From assembly GCA_016794505.1 (NCBI GenBank), contig JAEUJZ010000141.1:18204-82203 (forward strand): 64,000 bases of DNA, in the 5' to 3' direction. Both the position numbers and the translations under genes were made by a program. This stretch comes from Myxococcales bacterium (GTDB taxonomy: Bacteria > Myxococcota_A > Polyangia > Palsa-1104 > JAEUJZ01). This document shows positions 1 to 9,280 of the stretch, in pieces. A model generated the notes under the pieces. It searched no databases and was not told the origin of the DNA. It was given only the letters and a program-made list of their open reading frames with translations. The number at the start of each line of letters is the position of its first letter. The first letter of the stretch is position 1.

Positions 1-912
1 GCCGAGCGCTCCCGTTGAGATCGCGATCAGTGCGGCCGATCCACTGAACTTGACTGGCGTGTTGTTTCCCGGTGCGCGGGTGCCGGTTTCTTCTTCCGCT
101 CGCGTGTTGTTTCGCAATGGCGAGCCCACCGGGATGATCTCGGGCGCGGGCGGAGAGAGCCCGCAGATCACGTCGCTGAGCCAGCCTTCCTCAGCGAAGC
201 TATAGAACCCCTCGCTGGCCACGACGACGTGATCGAGAAGCGGAATGCCGAGCAGGCGACCCGACTGCACAAGCTGCAGCGTCAACATGCGATCCGCTTC
301 GCTGGGCCGACAGTCACCGCTGGGGTGGTTATGCACGACCAGGGCGCCGGCCATCCCTTCGCGCAGCAGCGGTCGGAAGACATCGGCTGGGCTGACTTGC
401 ACGCGATCGACTTGGCCCAATGCGGCGACGTGGCGACAGCGAATGCGGTTGCGAGAATCGAGGCCAAAGACGTGGACGGACTCCTGCTCGGCCTGACCTA
501 GCTCGGGCCGAAGAAGCGTGGCGACGTCAGCGGCGGAGCGAACACAGAGCCCATTGAGCGGCTCATGGACGAGCGCCCGCCGGCCTAGCTCCAGGGCTGC
601 TTTGAGCTGACAGGCCCGCGCTGGTCCGACGCCACTTTTGCGCTGCAGATCGCCCAGCCCAACTCGCCACAGACCGGGCGGCCCACCGACCATGTCCAGC
701 AGATCGCGAGCCAAGCGCAGCGCTCCACCTGAGCCAAAGACCAGAGCCAAAAGCTCGTCGTCATTGAGCTGTTCTGCGCCCAAAAAGGTCAGGCGTTCGC
801 GCGGGCGCTCGTGAAGAGGGCGCTGCGCGAAGAGAGCAGACTCGGCGGTCTTCCGCTGCGCGGACGGATCGCGACATGTGGCAGCGGCTTGTCTCTTTTC
901 TTGCTGAGTCAT
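1..912 (-). CDS. radC: RadC-family JAMM-motif protein; no stop codon is seen inside the window
   Basis: ATG at 912-910. The translation is MTQQEKRQ...[28 protein letters not shown]...[22 protein letters not shown]...[23 protein letters not shown]. It has the HNHPSG metal-binding motif and the typical RadC N- and C-terminal blocks. The homologous part ends near nt 190, but the frame stays open to nt 1. Confidence 0.75.
   Translation of the reverse strand, partial: MTQQEKRQAAATCRDPSAQRKTAESALFAQRPLHERPRERLTFLGAEQLNDDELLALVFGSGGALRLARDLLDMVGGPPGLWRVGLGDLQRKSGVGPARACQLKAALELGRRALVHEPLNGLCVRSAADVATLLRPELGQAEQESVHVFGLDSRNRIRCRHVAALGQVDRVQVSPADVFRPLLREGMAGALVVHNHPSGDCRPSEADRMLTLQLVQSGRLLGIPLLDHVVVASEGFYSFAEEGWLSDVICGLSPPAPEIIPVGSPLRNNTRAEEETGTRAPGNNTPVKFSGSAALIAISTGALG
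2..204 (+). CDS. 3' end (C-terminal ~67 aa) of an Lhr-type DEAD/DEAH-box helicase; partial, begins upstream of the window
   Basis: Frame 2 is open from the window edge to TAG at 202-204. It reads ...[41 protein letters not shown].... The AADPLNL.G..PG.RVP....RVL.R.G tail matches my memory of the C-terminus of Lhr / DEAD-associated-domain helicases. This is motif recall only. The frame shares its third-codon positions with the antisense RadC frame, so being open is not evidence by itself. Confidence 0.4.
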
Positions 913-932
913 CTGCGGTACTTCGTGGGTGC

Positions 933-1793
933 ATGCAGAAGCGAGCGCTGCGCGGATCGTCATGGGGGCTCCTATGGGGTGCCCTTGCGGCTTTGAGCCT
1001 GGGCGGCTGGGAGGGTCTGGCTGGTGCCAGCGCCGCTGCGGGCGAGGTGCTTATCCCGGCGGGTGAGTTTGTCTATGGCGATAGCCAGGGCGAAGAGGAC
1101 GAGCGGCCAACGCGGCGCATGGTCCTGCCTGCCTTTTGGATCGATCGCACCGAGGTCACGGCGGCTGCCTATGCGGCCTGTGTTGCGGCCCGTTCCTGTC
1201 GGGCCGCGGCGAGCCCAGCCCAGGATGGACGGCTGCCGGCGGTGGGCATTGGCTTCCACGATGCCGCTACCTACTGCGCCTTTGTTGGCAAGCGCTTGCC
1301 GACGGAGTTTGAGTGGGAAAAGGCGGCCCGCGGAAGCGATGCCCGAACGTACCCATGGGGCCATGAGCTCAGCTGCGAGCGGGGCAACTTTGGCAACTTC
1401 GCCGGGGATGGTCGCTGCGCTGAGGAGGGCGCTCCAGGGCGCCCGCTTCCTGTGGGCAGCTTTCCATCGGGTGCGTCGCCCTACGGGGTCCTCGACATGG
1501 CCGGCAATGTTGCCGAGTGGGTCGAGGGGCGAGCGGGGGCCATTGTGGCGCGCACCATCGGCATCAGCGAGGGAGAGCTGCGCGTCTTGCGTGGCGGTGG
1601 CTGCTGTTCGATCTTGGGTCTGCCGCGTGCCAGCAACCGCATGGTGTTGCCCGCGGGGTACCGCGATGTCGACATCGGCTTTCGCTGCGCCCGCACACCT
1701 GGAAGCCAGGGGCCTGCCAGTCGCCGAGGGATGACCGGAGCTCCGATAGAAACCGGCGTGGCTCCGGCATCGTCTGCCGCCGCGCGTCCATAG
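933..1793 (+). CDS. Secreted formylglycine-generating-enzyme (SUMF1/FGE-sulfatase) domain protein
   Basis: The longest ORF is 876-1793. The ATG at 933 gives a signal-like N-terminus (MQKRALRGSSWGLLWGALAALSLGG). FGE-type blocks are present: FWIDRTEVT, RLPTEFEWEKAARG, YPWG, GNVAEWV, RVLRGGG, GFRCAR. The gene is divergent from radC. Confidence 0.8.
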   Translation: MQKRALRGSSWGLLWGALAALSLGGWEGLAGASAAAGEVLIPAGEFVYGDSQGEEDERPTRRMVLPAFWIDRTEVTAAAYAACVAARSCRAAASPAQDGRLPAVGIGFHDAATYCAFVGKRLPTEFEWEKAARGSDARTYPWGHELSCERGNFGNFAGDGRCAEEGAPGRPLPVGSFPSGASPYGVLDMAGNVAEWVEGRAGAIVARTIGISEGELRVLRGGGCCSILGLPRASNRMVLPAGYRDVDIGFRCARTPGSQGPASRRGMTGAPIETGVAPASSAAARP

Positions 1794-1878
1794 CGGGTAT
1801 CTGCCCGCCTGCCTCTGCTCTTGACGGCGACGGGCGATACCGGCGATAACCAGCGCAGACACAAGATTGAGAGACTGA

Positions 1879-2364
1879 GTGCCCATGTTGCCGCACGAGA
1901 TCTGTCGCCAGCTTGGCGAGGTTCGCTTCAAAGAAATGTTCATGTCGCTCAATGCCGCGGCGATGAAGCAGTCGATGCTAGAAGGCGGCTTGTCTGCCAT
2001 CCGTACGGCTGCGCAAGTCAGCATTCGCAAGCGCAACGAAGAGTGGGCCCGGCGCTTGTGGGGGAGCGTGGCTTCGGACAAGCCGTCCCCCTGCAAGCTG
2101 TTCTTGTTTGAGTGGCTGCGGCAGACCAAGACAGACCTCCTTACCGCCTTTCTCGACTCGATCTCGGTGCCGCATCAGAAGGGCCTCACCGACGCGGACT
2201 TCATGAAAGATGTGCCGGAAGAGCGCTTGCTCGAAGCAGCCAAGGCGCTCTTGGCGCATCCCAAGTACGACCGCCGTGATGTGGCGGCGTATCTGCTGTT
2301 CCTGGACTACAGCAATGAAACCGAGCGCTTTGCGACGCTGGACCTGGCCAAGCAGCTGAGCTGA
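1879..2364 (+). CDS. Hypothetical protein (161 aa)
   Basis: Clean ORF with GC-rich third positions between annotated neighbours. I recognise no family motif. The start is uncertain because internal Met codons exist. Confidence 0.5.
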   Translation: MPMLPHEICRQLGEVRFKEMFMSLNAAAMKQSMLEGGLSAIRTAAQVSIRKRNEEWARRLWGSVASDKPSPCKLFLFEWLRQTKTDLLTAFLDSISVPHQKGLTDADFMKDVPEERLLEAAKALLAHPKYDRRDVAAYLLFLDYSNETERFATLDLAKQLS

Positions 2365-2442
2365 GGCTGCCGCGCGCTGTGCGGTCCTCTTCAGCCAAGC
2401 GTGCCTGCAATTGAGCACCTAGGCTCTGATTGATCACGGCCC

Positions 2443-4110
2443 TTGGCTGTGTTCGTACTCTGTATGACAATCGCCACGTTGCTTGCTCTCTGCCCGGAAC
2501 CCGCCATGCCCAGACGAAACCTTCAGCGGCTGCAGCGCCTTCTGGTGATGCTCTGCTTGTTCGCGGGCGACGCTGCGCGGGCTGAGCCGCTCGGCGATCC
2601 GCGGCCCCCCGAGGAGCTGGGTTCGGCCTCGCGGATCTTGTTGCTGCGCCAGCAGCTTGCGGATCAGCTGCACGCCTCGGCGTTTCGCAAGCTTCGAGTC
2701 GGCGTTTCGATCATCAACACACAAGACGGCAGCGCGCTCTATAGCCAGAACGCCGATGCGTCGTTCAATCCGGCTTCGAACGCAAAGATCCTAACGACGG
2801 GGGCGGCGCTGGCGACGTTGGGATCGGACTTTCGCTATCGCACGGTCTTGCTGGCTGCAAAACCGGTGGGGGCCAGCGTGGCACCAGATGGTGTGCTGCG
2901 CGGCGACGTCTTTCTGCAGGGCAGCGGCGATCCAACGCTGCGGCCGGAAGGCCTGATTGAGCTTGTTCGTCAGCTGCGCAACGCGGGTGTCGAGCGCATC
3001 GAAGGCCAGGTGCGCCTGGATAGCCAGATGCGCGACATGGGCGCGCTGACCACGGAAGCGCGGCCAGCCAGCCATGGTTTGGGTGCGCTGCTTCTGAACC
3101 GCGACCGCATCACCGTGCATGTGTCTCCGACGAGTGTTGGCCAGCGCGCCAGCGCCTGGGTGCAGCCGCGCTCGCCTTATTTCGTTGTGCAGAGCCTGGC
3201 CAAGACGGTCAAAGGGAAGCGCTCGCGGCTGAGCATCGACGTCGCCAAGCGCGATGGGCAGTTTGTCGTCACGCTGCGCGGTCGCATTGGAAGCCGCAGC
3301 GGCACGGCCAAGGTCCGTCGTCGACTGGGAGGCAGCACCGGCTGGGCCGAGGTCACTTTGGCGCAGGCGCTTGCCGACTTTGGCATCACGGTAACGGGCG
3401 GCGTTCATGTGGGCGAGCCACCCGCGGGGCCACTTGCCATCGTCGCGGAACATCAGTCAGAGCCTCTGTCGAAGATCTGCCACACCGTCAACAAAGACAG
3501 CGACAACTACATCGCGGACATCGTGTTCAAGACGCTGGGGGCGGCTCGTTTTGGCCTGCCGGGTACGCTGGAAAAAGGCGCGCGAGCGGTGTCGGAATGG
3601 GTCGCTGAGCAGGGCCTGAGTCCCGAGCGAGTGCATCTGATCAATGGCTCGGGGCTGACGCATTCCAACCGGCTGCGTCCGGGGGATCTGGGTCTGCTCT
3701 TGAACCGGCTGTACCACCAGATGGACGTCGGACCCGAGTTCTTGCAGTCGCTGGCCGTGGGCGGGATCGATGGCACGATCCATCATCGCTTTCATGGCAG
3801 CTCCGTCGGACAGGTGCGGGCCAAGACCGGTACGCTGTTTGGTGTGTCTGTGCTTTCTGGGTACGTGGGTGATCGTCCCGGTGTGCTGGTGTTCTGCATC
3901 TTTGTGCAGGGCTTCCGCGGGCGTCGCTTGGAGTCGATCCGTCACGCCCAAGCGCGCATTGTCGAGACGCTGCTGCGGTATGTGCGCGATGGGCGCTCGG
4001 GGGATGTGCCGGCTCGGCCGACGCTGCCGCTGATCGAACCAGAAAAGCAGACCCCTGAGCGTGTGCCGATAGAGCCAAGTCCTGTCGAAGGCGAAGACGA
4101 CGAAGCCTGA
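2443..4110 (+). CDS. dacB: D-alanyl-D-alanine carboxypeptidase/endopeptidase (PBP4, peptidase S13)
   Basis: Contains SxxK (NPASNAKILTTGAAL), INGSGL and KTGTL blocks, plus the PBP4-type FLQGSGDPTL segment. The start is uncertain. The ATG at 2506 gives a good signal peptide (MPRRNLQRLQRLLVMLCLFAGDAARA). Confidence 0.88.
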   Translation: MAVFVLCMTIATLLALCPEPAMPRRNLQRLQRLLVMLCLFAGDAARAEPLGDPRPPEELGSASRILLLRQQLADQLHASAFRKLRVGVSIINTQDGSALYSQNADASFNPASNAKILTTGAALATLGSDFRYRTVLLAAKPVGASVAPDGVLRGDVFLQGSGDPTLRPEGLIELVRQLRNAGVERIEGQVRLDSQMRDMGALTTEARPASHGLGALLLNRDRITVHVSPTSVGQRASAWVQPRSPYFVVQSLAKTVKGKRSRLSIDVAKRDGQFVVTLRGRIGSRSGTAKVRRRLGGSTGWAEVTLAQALADFGITVTGGVHVGEPPAGPLAIVAEHQSEPLSKICHTVNKDSDNYIADIVFKTLGAARFGLPGTLEKGARAVSEWVAEQGLSPERVHLINGSGLTHSNRLRPGDLGLLLNRLYHQMDVGPEFLQSLAVGGIDGTIHHRFHGSSVGQVRAKTGTLFGVSVLSGYVGDRPGVLVFCIFVQGFRGRRLESIRHAQARIVETLLRYVRDGRSGDVPARPTLPLIEPEKQTPERVPIEPSPVEGEDDEA

Positions 4111-4520
4111 TCGAGCCGCAGCAAGGACACGTTGTCGAGACGTAGTGCGCGCTGGCTGAGAAGGTGCAGTCGGTCAAACTGGTGACCGTCGATGATCTCT
4201 GCGGCCAGCGCGAGGTAACAGGCCTCGCGCAGACTAGAGCAGACACGACGTCGGCTGCGCTGCTGCCGGGCATTCTGGATTCGCCAGCGTCGATAGGCTC
4301 GCTCACCCTGCGCGACTTTGCAGCGGGCTGAGCGGCGCGGGACCTGGGGATCATCAAGTCCATGACTCTGCAGCCAGGGCTCGACGGTGAGCTGCAGGTG
4401 GAGCAGCAAGCGCTCGCGCTCGCGCTGCAGTCCCTGGGTCAATACGGGGTTGTCTTGCACGGCATCGATCAGAGCATCCAGCTCATTGAGGAGCTGCGTA
4501 GAGATTCGCTGGGGAGTCAT
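3942..4520 (-). CDS. Hypothetical helical protein; the 3' end overlaps the dacB 3' end
   Basis: ATG-initiated ORF (MTPQRISTQLLNELDALIDAVQDNPVLTQGLQRERERLLLHL...) with reasonable GC3 in the non-overlapping part (4111-4520). No family is recognised. The last ~170 nt are antisense to dacB and may not be translated as drawn. Confidence 0.3.
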   Translation of the reverse strand: MTPQRISTQLLNELDALIDAVQDNPVLTQGLQRERERLLLHLQLTVEPWLQSHGLDDPQVPRRSARCKVAQGERAYRRWRIQNARQQRSRRRVCSSLREACYLALAAEIIDGHQFDRLHLLSQRALRLDNVSLLRLDQASSSSPSTGLGSIGTRSGVCFSGSISGSVGRAGTSPERPSRTYRSSVSTMRAWA

Positions 4521-4778
4521 GCCGAGCCGAGATTGCAGGACGCGTGCCTGCCCGGTGTTCTGAGGTTTCCGACGAGAACATCGGCAAGTGAGCCGCCGTG
4601 TCCGGTGCTCGGACGAGAGTGTCCGAAGCTCGGACAGAGGGTGGACGACAACCGGACAGGAGGCGGTCGAGTGGCTGGCTTCGCAGAACCGTCGGAACCG
4701 CGCATCAAAAGGCCGCAGATCAGACGGGCCACAGTCACGAGGCAGGCGGCGGGGCTGTGATAGGATAGAAAAATCACT

Positions 4779-7685
4779 GTGGCCGATAAGTACCCGCGAG
4801 AATTCGGTCGCTACACATTGCTTGCTCCCTTGGCGCAGGGGGGGATGGGCGCTCTGTATCTAGCCAGTGCTGGTGAGCGTGGGCTGGAGCGACTGTGCGT
4901 GATCAAGACCGTGCTGCCGCATCTGGCAGACCCGGAGTACGTCGCGCGTTTTCGGGACGAGGCCAAGGTGGTCGTGCGCCTGTCGCATGGCAACATCGTG
5001 CCGGTCTTTGACGCCAGCATGGTCGAGGGCGAGCTGTATCTGGCCATGGACTACGTCGAGGGCAAGGACCTGCGCGCCGTCTGGAATCGCTGCGCGAAAA
5101 AGGGCATCGCCTTTCCCATCGATGTCGCGGTGCATATCGCGCGTGAGCTGGCGCGCGGCCTGCATTACGCGCACACCTTCGGCGATCTGAAGCTGGTCCA
5201 TCGCGACGTCTCACCGCCCAATGTGCTGATTTCGTTCTCGGGAGAGGTCAAGCTGACGGACTTTGGCTTGGCAAGCTCGATTCTCAAGGTCGAGCGCACA
5301 GCGGCCGGGATCATCTACGGCAAGGTCTCGTATATGTCGCCCGAGCAGGCGCGAGGCGATGCGATCGACGGGCGAACGGATGTCTATGCCGCAGGCATCA
5401 TCCTGTGGGAACTTCTGACCGGCCGGCAGCTGTTTCCGCAGCATGCCAGCGACGGATCAGAGCTGATTGAGCGCGTACGCAGCCCGGTCATCGATCCGCC
5501 ATCCTTGCGGGCACCGCGCGTGCCGCCGGCCCTCGATCAGATTGTGCTCAAGGCCTTGGCCAAGGACGTAAGCCAGCGCTACGCGACGGGAGAGCAGTTC
5601 CGCGCCGACCTGACGGCGTTTATGGCCAGCAACAAAGACTATGTGGCCACGGACGCGGCGCGCGTCTCTGCGTTCATGCAAGAGCTGTTCGACGATGACA
5701 TCGCACGCGAGCGGGGCCAGAGACGTGAGCTTCTTGAGCACGCTCCCGAGCGACTGGCCGCTCTGCGGGCGCAGCGTCAAGCGGACTATGAGGCCGCGCT
5801 GCAGGTGCAGCAGCGCAAGGACGAGATTCTCGATGCGATCCGTCGCCCCTCCCAGGACGCGATCGCGCCGGCCAGCAACAGCCGCTTGCGCGAAGGCGAG
5901 ATTCCCGACGCTGTACGCGAGCAGCTTGCGGCGTACGACACCGGCAAAATGCTCGGCACGACGATCGAGCGCTGGAAGATCTTGCGCAAGATCGGCGAAG
6001 GGGGAATGGGCCGAGTCTTCGAGGCAGAGCACAAAGAGATCGGCCGCAAGGTCGCGATCAAGATCCTGAATCCGGTCTATTCACGCATGCCGGAGGTTGT
6101 CGCTCGCTTTCGCATGGAGGCGCGAGCAGCCTCGCAGATCAATCACCCGAACATCATCGAAGTAACCGACAGCGGCACGACGGTCGACGGATCGTTCTAC
6201 TTCGTGATGGAGCTTCTAGACGGTGTTGATGTCGCCGAGCGCCTGAAGCGCGACCGCAGCCTGCCGATCGTCGAGTCGCTAGAGATCGCGCAGCAAGTGG
6301 CCGAGGCGCTGTCGGCAGCGCACCAGAACAACATCATTCACAGAGACCTGAAGCCCGAGAACGTTTTTCTGATCAACCACGAGGGCAATTCTCACTTCGT
6401 CAAGGTGCTCGACTTCGGTGTCGCCAAGTCGCTGCAAGAAGAAAAGGTCCGGCTAACCACGCCGGGCATGGCCATGGGCACGCCTGAGTACATGGCTCCT
6501 GAGCAGGCCGCGGGGCGTGACAGCGACGGGCGCGCTGACGTCTATTCGCTGGGCGCCATCCTGTACGAGATGCTGTCGGGCACGAAGCCAATTACCGGCC
6601 GCAACTTGATGGAGGTTCTGACGCGCAAGGCGACGGAAGATCCGGTGCCGCTGTCTTCGCTGCGTCCCGATGTGCCAGCGCGTGTGGCGGCCTTGGTGAC
6701 GCGCATGCTGGCCCGCTCGCCGGATGGGCGACCTCAGACGATGGAAGCCGTCGCTGCTGAGCTTATCGCCTGCATGGATGAGATTCGTCGCGGTGTTGCT
6801 GCCCCCGCGTTGGCTGCACTCACGCGTCCAGATACTGTCAGCGAGTCCGTCGGCGCCAAGTTTCCAGCCGCGCGTCGCAATCGCGCGCTGTTTGGTTGGA
6901 TCGCGGTCAGCGGTGGGATCCTGGGCGTTGTCGTCGGTGCGTACTTCGCGTTCATTCCTCCGCGACCTGTCCCCCAACGGCCAGTGACGCCACCACCTAG
7001 CACCGGCCGTGGAGGCACGACGCAAAACACCGGGGCTGGCACGAGCGGGACGGCGACCCCTGGTTCTAGCGGGGCCAACGTGGCTGCGTCTTCGGGCAAC
7101 ACCGCGTCGGGCAATAGCACGGGAAATACCGACACGCCACCGACGGGGAACAACGGCGGCAGTGGTGTGGCCGGGGGCAACAAGGGCACGCCATCCAAGC
7201 CGTCCAAAAACCCCGGCGAGGATCGGCCGGGCACGGATTCCCCTTCGCAGGGAAGCTCCAGCAGGCCAGGCGGCAGCAGAGGCGGCTTGGGTAACTTGGC
7301 GATGCCTCCGTCGATCGATCGGCCCGTGGCGATCAGCAAGATCGAAGACGGGCGCTTGGCGCTCAACATGAACAAGAACGAAGTGGCCTTTAACCTCTGC
7401 TACACCGCCGCAGGCAACCCGCAGGTGCGCGGCTTGGCCTTGGCCTGTATGGGCGAAGCAGAGCTTGCCCGCGGCCGCCCGACCGAGGCCATCAAATGGG
7501 GCAAGCGAGCGCTCAAAGAGAAGCCCGGTACGTCCGTCTACATCCTGCTGGGCAACGCCTATCGCAAAGCCGGAAGCTGCAGAGACGCCCGCGTGTACTA
7601 CAGCAAGGTGCTAAACGGCGCCGACAGCAACAACCCCGAGGCGCTGCGGGGCCTTGAGCAGTGCAAAGACAAAGACAAAGAATAG
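4779..7685 (+). CDS. Tandem (two-domain) Ser/Thr protein kinase with a TM segment, a low-complexity linker and a C-terminal TPR-like region
   Basis: Kinase domain 1 spans about 4800-5600: GGMGALYLA, CVIKTV, HRDVSPPNVLI, DFGLA, SYMSPEQ. Kinase domain 2 spans about 5968-6780: [49 protein letters not shown] segment (ALFGWIAVSGGILGVVVGAYFAFI) lies near 6890-6960. A G/S/T/N/P-rich tract covers 6960-7300. A TPR-like tail runs to 7685. Confidence 0.9.
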   Translation: MADKYPREFGRYTLLAPLAQGGMGALYLASAGERGLERLCVIKTVLPHLADPEYVARFRDEAKVVVRLSHGNIVPVFDASMVEGELYLAMDYVEGKDLRAVWNRCAKKGIAFPIDVAVHIARELARGLHYAHTFGDLKLVHRDVSPPNVLISFSGEVKLTDFGLASSILKVERTAAGIIYGKVSYMSPEQARGDAIDGRTDVYAAGIILWELLTGRQLFPQHASDGSELIERVRSPVIDPPSLRAPRVPPALDQIVLKALAKDVSQRYATGEQFRADLTAFMASNKDYVATDAARVSAFMQELFDDDIARERGQRRELLEHAPERLAALRAQRQADYEAALQVQQRKDEILDAIRRPSQDAIAPASNSRLREGEIPDAVREQLAAYDTGKMLGTTIERWKILRKIGEGGMGRVFEAEHKEIGRKVAIKILNPVYSRMPEVVARFRMEARAASQINHPNIIEVTDSGTTVDGSFYFVMELLDGVDVAERLKRDRSLPIVESLEIAQQVAEALSAAHQNNIIHRDLKPENVFLINHEGNSHFVKVLDFGVAKSLQEEKVRLTTPGMAMGTPEYMAPEQAAGRDSDGRADVYSLGAILYEMLSGTKPITGRNLMEVLTRKATEDPVPLSSLRPDVPARVAALVTRMLARSPDGRPQTMEAVAAELIACMDEIRRGVAAPALAALTRPDTVSESVGAKFPAARRNRALFGWIAVSGGILGVVVGAYFAFIPPRPVPQRPVTPPPSTGRGGTTQNTGAGTSGTATPGSSGANVAASSGNTASGNSTGNTDTPPTGNNGGSGVAGGNKGTPSKPSKNPGEDRPGTDSPSQGSSSRPGGSRGGLGNLAMPPSIDRPVAISKIEDGRLALNMNKNEVAFNLCYTAAGNPQVRGLALACMGEAELARGRPTEAIKWGKRALKEKPGTSVYILLGNAYRKAGSCRDARVYYSKVLNGADSNNPEALRGLEQCKDKDKE

Positions 7686-7739
7686 ATCTGGCGCCTTCCC
7701 CTTCCCGGCCTTACTAAAAGCGGAACGAGGTTTTGGACA

Positions 7740-8519
7740 TTGGGACTTAGCGATTTGTTCTCACGGGAAGGCCGTGCTCGCCGCGGCTTGCAGAAGACGA
7801 TTCAGCGAGCCAGCGATAAGCACGCCCAGTCTATGGACCGCTGGAAGGCGCTTGAGCAGCTTCGCGACGACGGCAGTGAAGAGGCCATGGTGGGGCTGCT
7901 GCGTCGCTTCAGCTTCAACTACGACAAGACCATCGAAGACGAACAGGAAAAAGAGTGGGTCTTCGAGACGCTGTCGGCCATGGGGGCCAAGGTTCTGCCG
8001 GCGCTGCGCACGTACATGCGCGAGACCGAGACCCTGGCTTGGCCGCTCAAGATCCTGGAACGAGTCAGCCAAGGCGAGACGTTTCTTGAGACGCTGCGCA
8101 AGCTGTGTGAGTGGAACGACAACAGCTATGTGCGCGACCCCAGCAAGAAGATCCAACTGGTGCATTTTCTGGGGGAACATCGTCGGGCCGAGATCGCTGC
8201 GATGATCGTTGCCTATCTGGAAGACGTCGACGAGGGCGTGCGCTTTAAGGCGGTCGAAGCGCTGCTGTTTCAGCTTGGCGGGGCTGTGGGCGAGGCGGGA
8301 AAAGCCGTGCGCGAAGCGACGCTGGGTCCGCTGCTTGCGCTGCTGGGCAATCCGGCCGAAGAGTCACGCCGCATCAAGGTGCGCATTGTCGAGGGCTTGG
8401 CCGAGCTGGGCCTGTCGCTCGCAGAGCATGCCGCCGCCATCGAGAAGACCATTGCCGAGCTGGGCATCGAAGCGAAGCTGGACCGCGAAAAACGGATCAA
8501 AGTTCCGGCGGCCAAGTGA
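7740..8519 (+). CDS. HEAT-repeat protein
   Basis: TTG start, 259 aa. Repeated helical hairpins containing DEGVRFKAVEAL and ESRRIKVRIVEGL are typical of HEAT/PBS-lyase-like repeats. It lies 54 nt downstream of the tandem kinase. Confidence 0.65.
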   Translation: MGLSDLFSREGRARRGLQKTIQRASDKHAQSMDRWKALEQLRDDGSEEAMVGLLRRFSFNYDKTIEDEQEKEWVFETLSAMGAKVLPALRTYMRETETLAWPLKILERVSQGETFLETLRKLCEWNDNSYVRDPSKKIQLVHFLGEHRRAEIAAMIVAYLEDVDEGVRFKAVEALLFQLGGAVGEAGKAVREATLGPLLALLGNPAEESRRIKVRIVEGLAELGLSLAEHAAAIEKTIAELGIEAKLDREKRIKVPAAK

Positions 8520-8737
8520 ACGGACCATGCTGCAAGGGCCTTGCTGCGGTCTGGATTCCATCCCTCCTGTCCATCCCCACGCATCCTGCGTTCCTTCCAT
8601 CGCTCGTCTCCAGTAGACTGAGAGCTACGTCGTCGTCGCCGCCGTTTTAGGGTCAGGGCCGATCGGGGGCAAGAAAATGCCAGCGTCCGACGGATGCGGT
8701 GGTTGAAGGTGCTGCGACGAGCGCGTAGACTGCGTCT

Positions 8738-9280
8738 ATGTTTGGGCTTGGGCCGACGGAACTCATCGTAATCCTTGTTCTGGCACTGCTGGTGCTGGGA
8801 CCGCAGCGCATTCCCGAGGCTGCGAGTAGCTTAGGGAAAGCGATCCGCGGTTTTCGGCGGGCCACGCGCGAGCTGCGCGATCAGATCGATATCGATGATG
8901 ACGTGCGCCGACCGTTTGAAGATCTGCGCTCGGCGCTGCGCGATGAGCCACCGCCTCTGCCACCGCCACCGCTTCAGACACCGTCGACGGGCGGCGATGC
9001 GGTTGCTGCTGCAGGGGCGATCGGTTCAGCGTTGGTGAAGCCTCCCGCTGAGCCTGTACTGAGCCAGTCCGCTGATAGCGAAGGTGGCGCCGCCGTCACT
9101 GGCGACGTGGGTCCTGCAAGTCCCGCCGCCGCTCCCATCGAACACGACGGCCATCGTCCCGCTCGCGGTGAGCCGCCGCTCGCTGAGCCAGAAGCCCGTA
9201 GTGCCGCCGCCCCCAGCGCCCCCCCGACGGAACGGGGACCCGCGGCAGCGAGCGATGGCAAGCCGGAGTCCGCACGATGA
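8738..9280 (+). CDS. tatB: Twin-arginine translocase subunit, TatB-like (TatA/B/E family) with a long Pro/Ala-rich tail
   Basis: The N-terminus MFGLGPTELIVILVLALLVLGPQRIPEAASSLGKAIRGFRRA carries Glu8 and the VLGPQR(L/I)P hinge seen in E. coli TatB. The ATGA overlap with tatC indicates coupling. Confidence 0.85.
   Translation: MFGLGPTELIVILVLALLVLGPQRIPEAASSLGKAIRGFRRATRELRDQIDIDDDVRRPFEDLRSALRDEPPPLPPPPLQTPSTGGDAVAAAGAIGSALVKPPAEPVLSQSADSEGGAAVTGDVGPASPAAAPIEHDGHRPARGEPPLAEPEARSAAAPSAPPTERGPAAASDGKPESAR

Noticed and set aside
972-2129. 385-aa minus-strand ORF
   Set aside because: It is antisense to the FGE-sulfatase-domain gene and to the 1879-2364 ORF. It has no motifs and a low-complexity R/A/G-rich translation.
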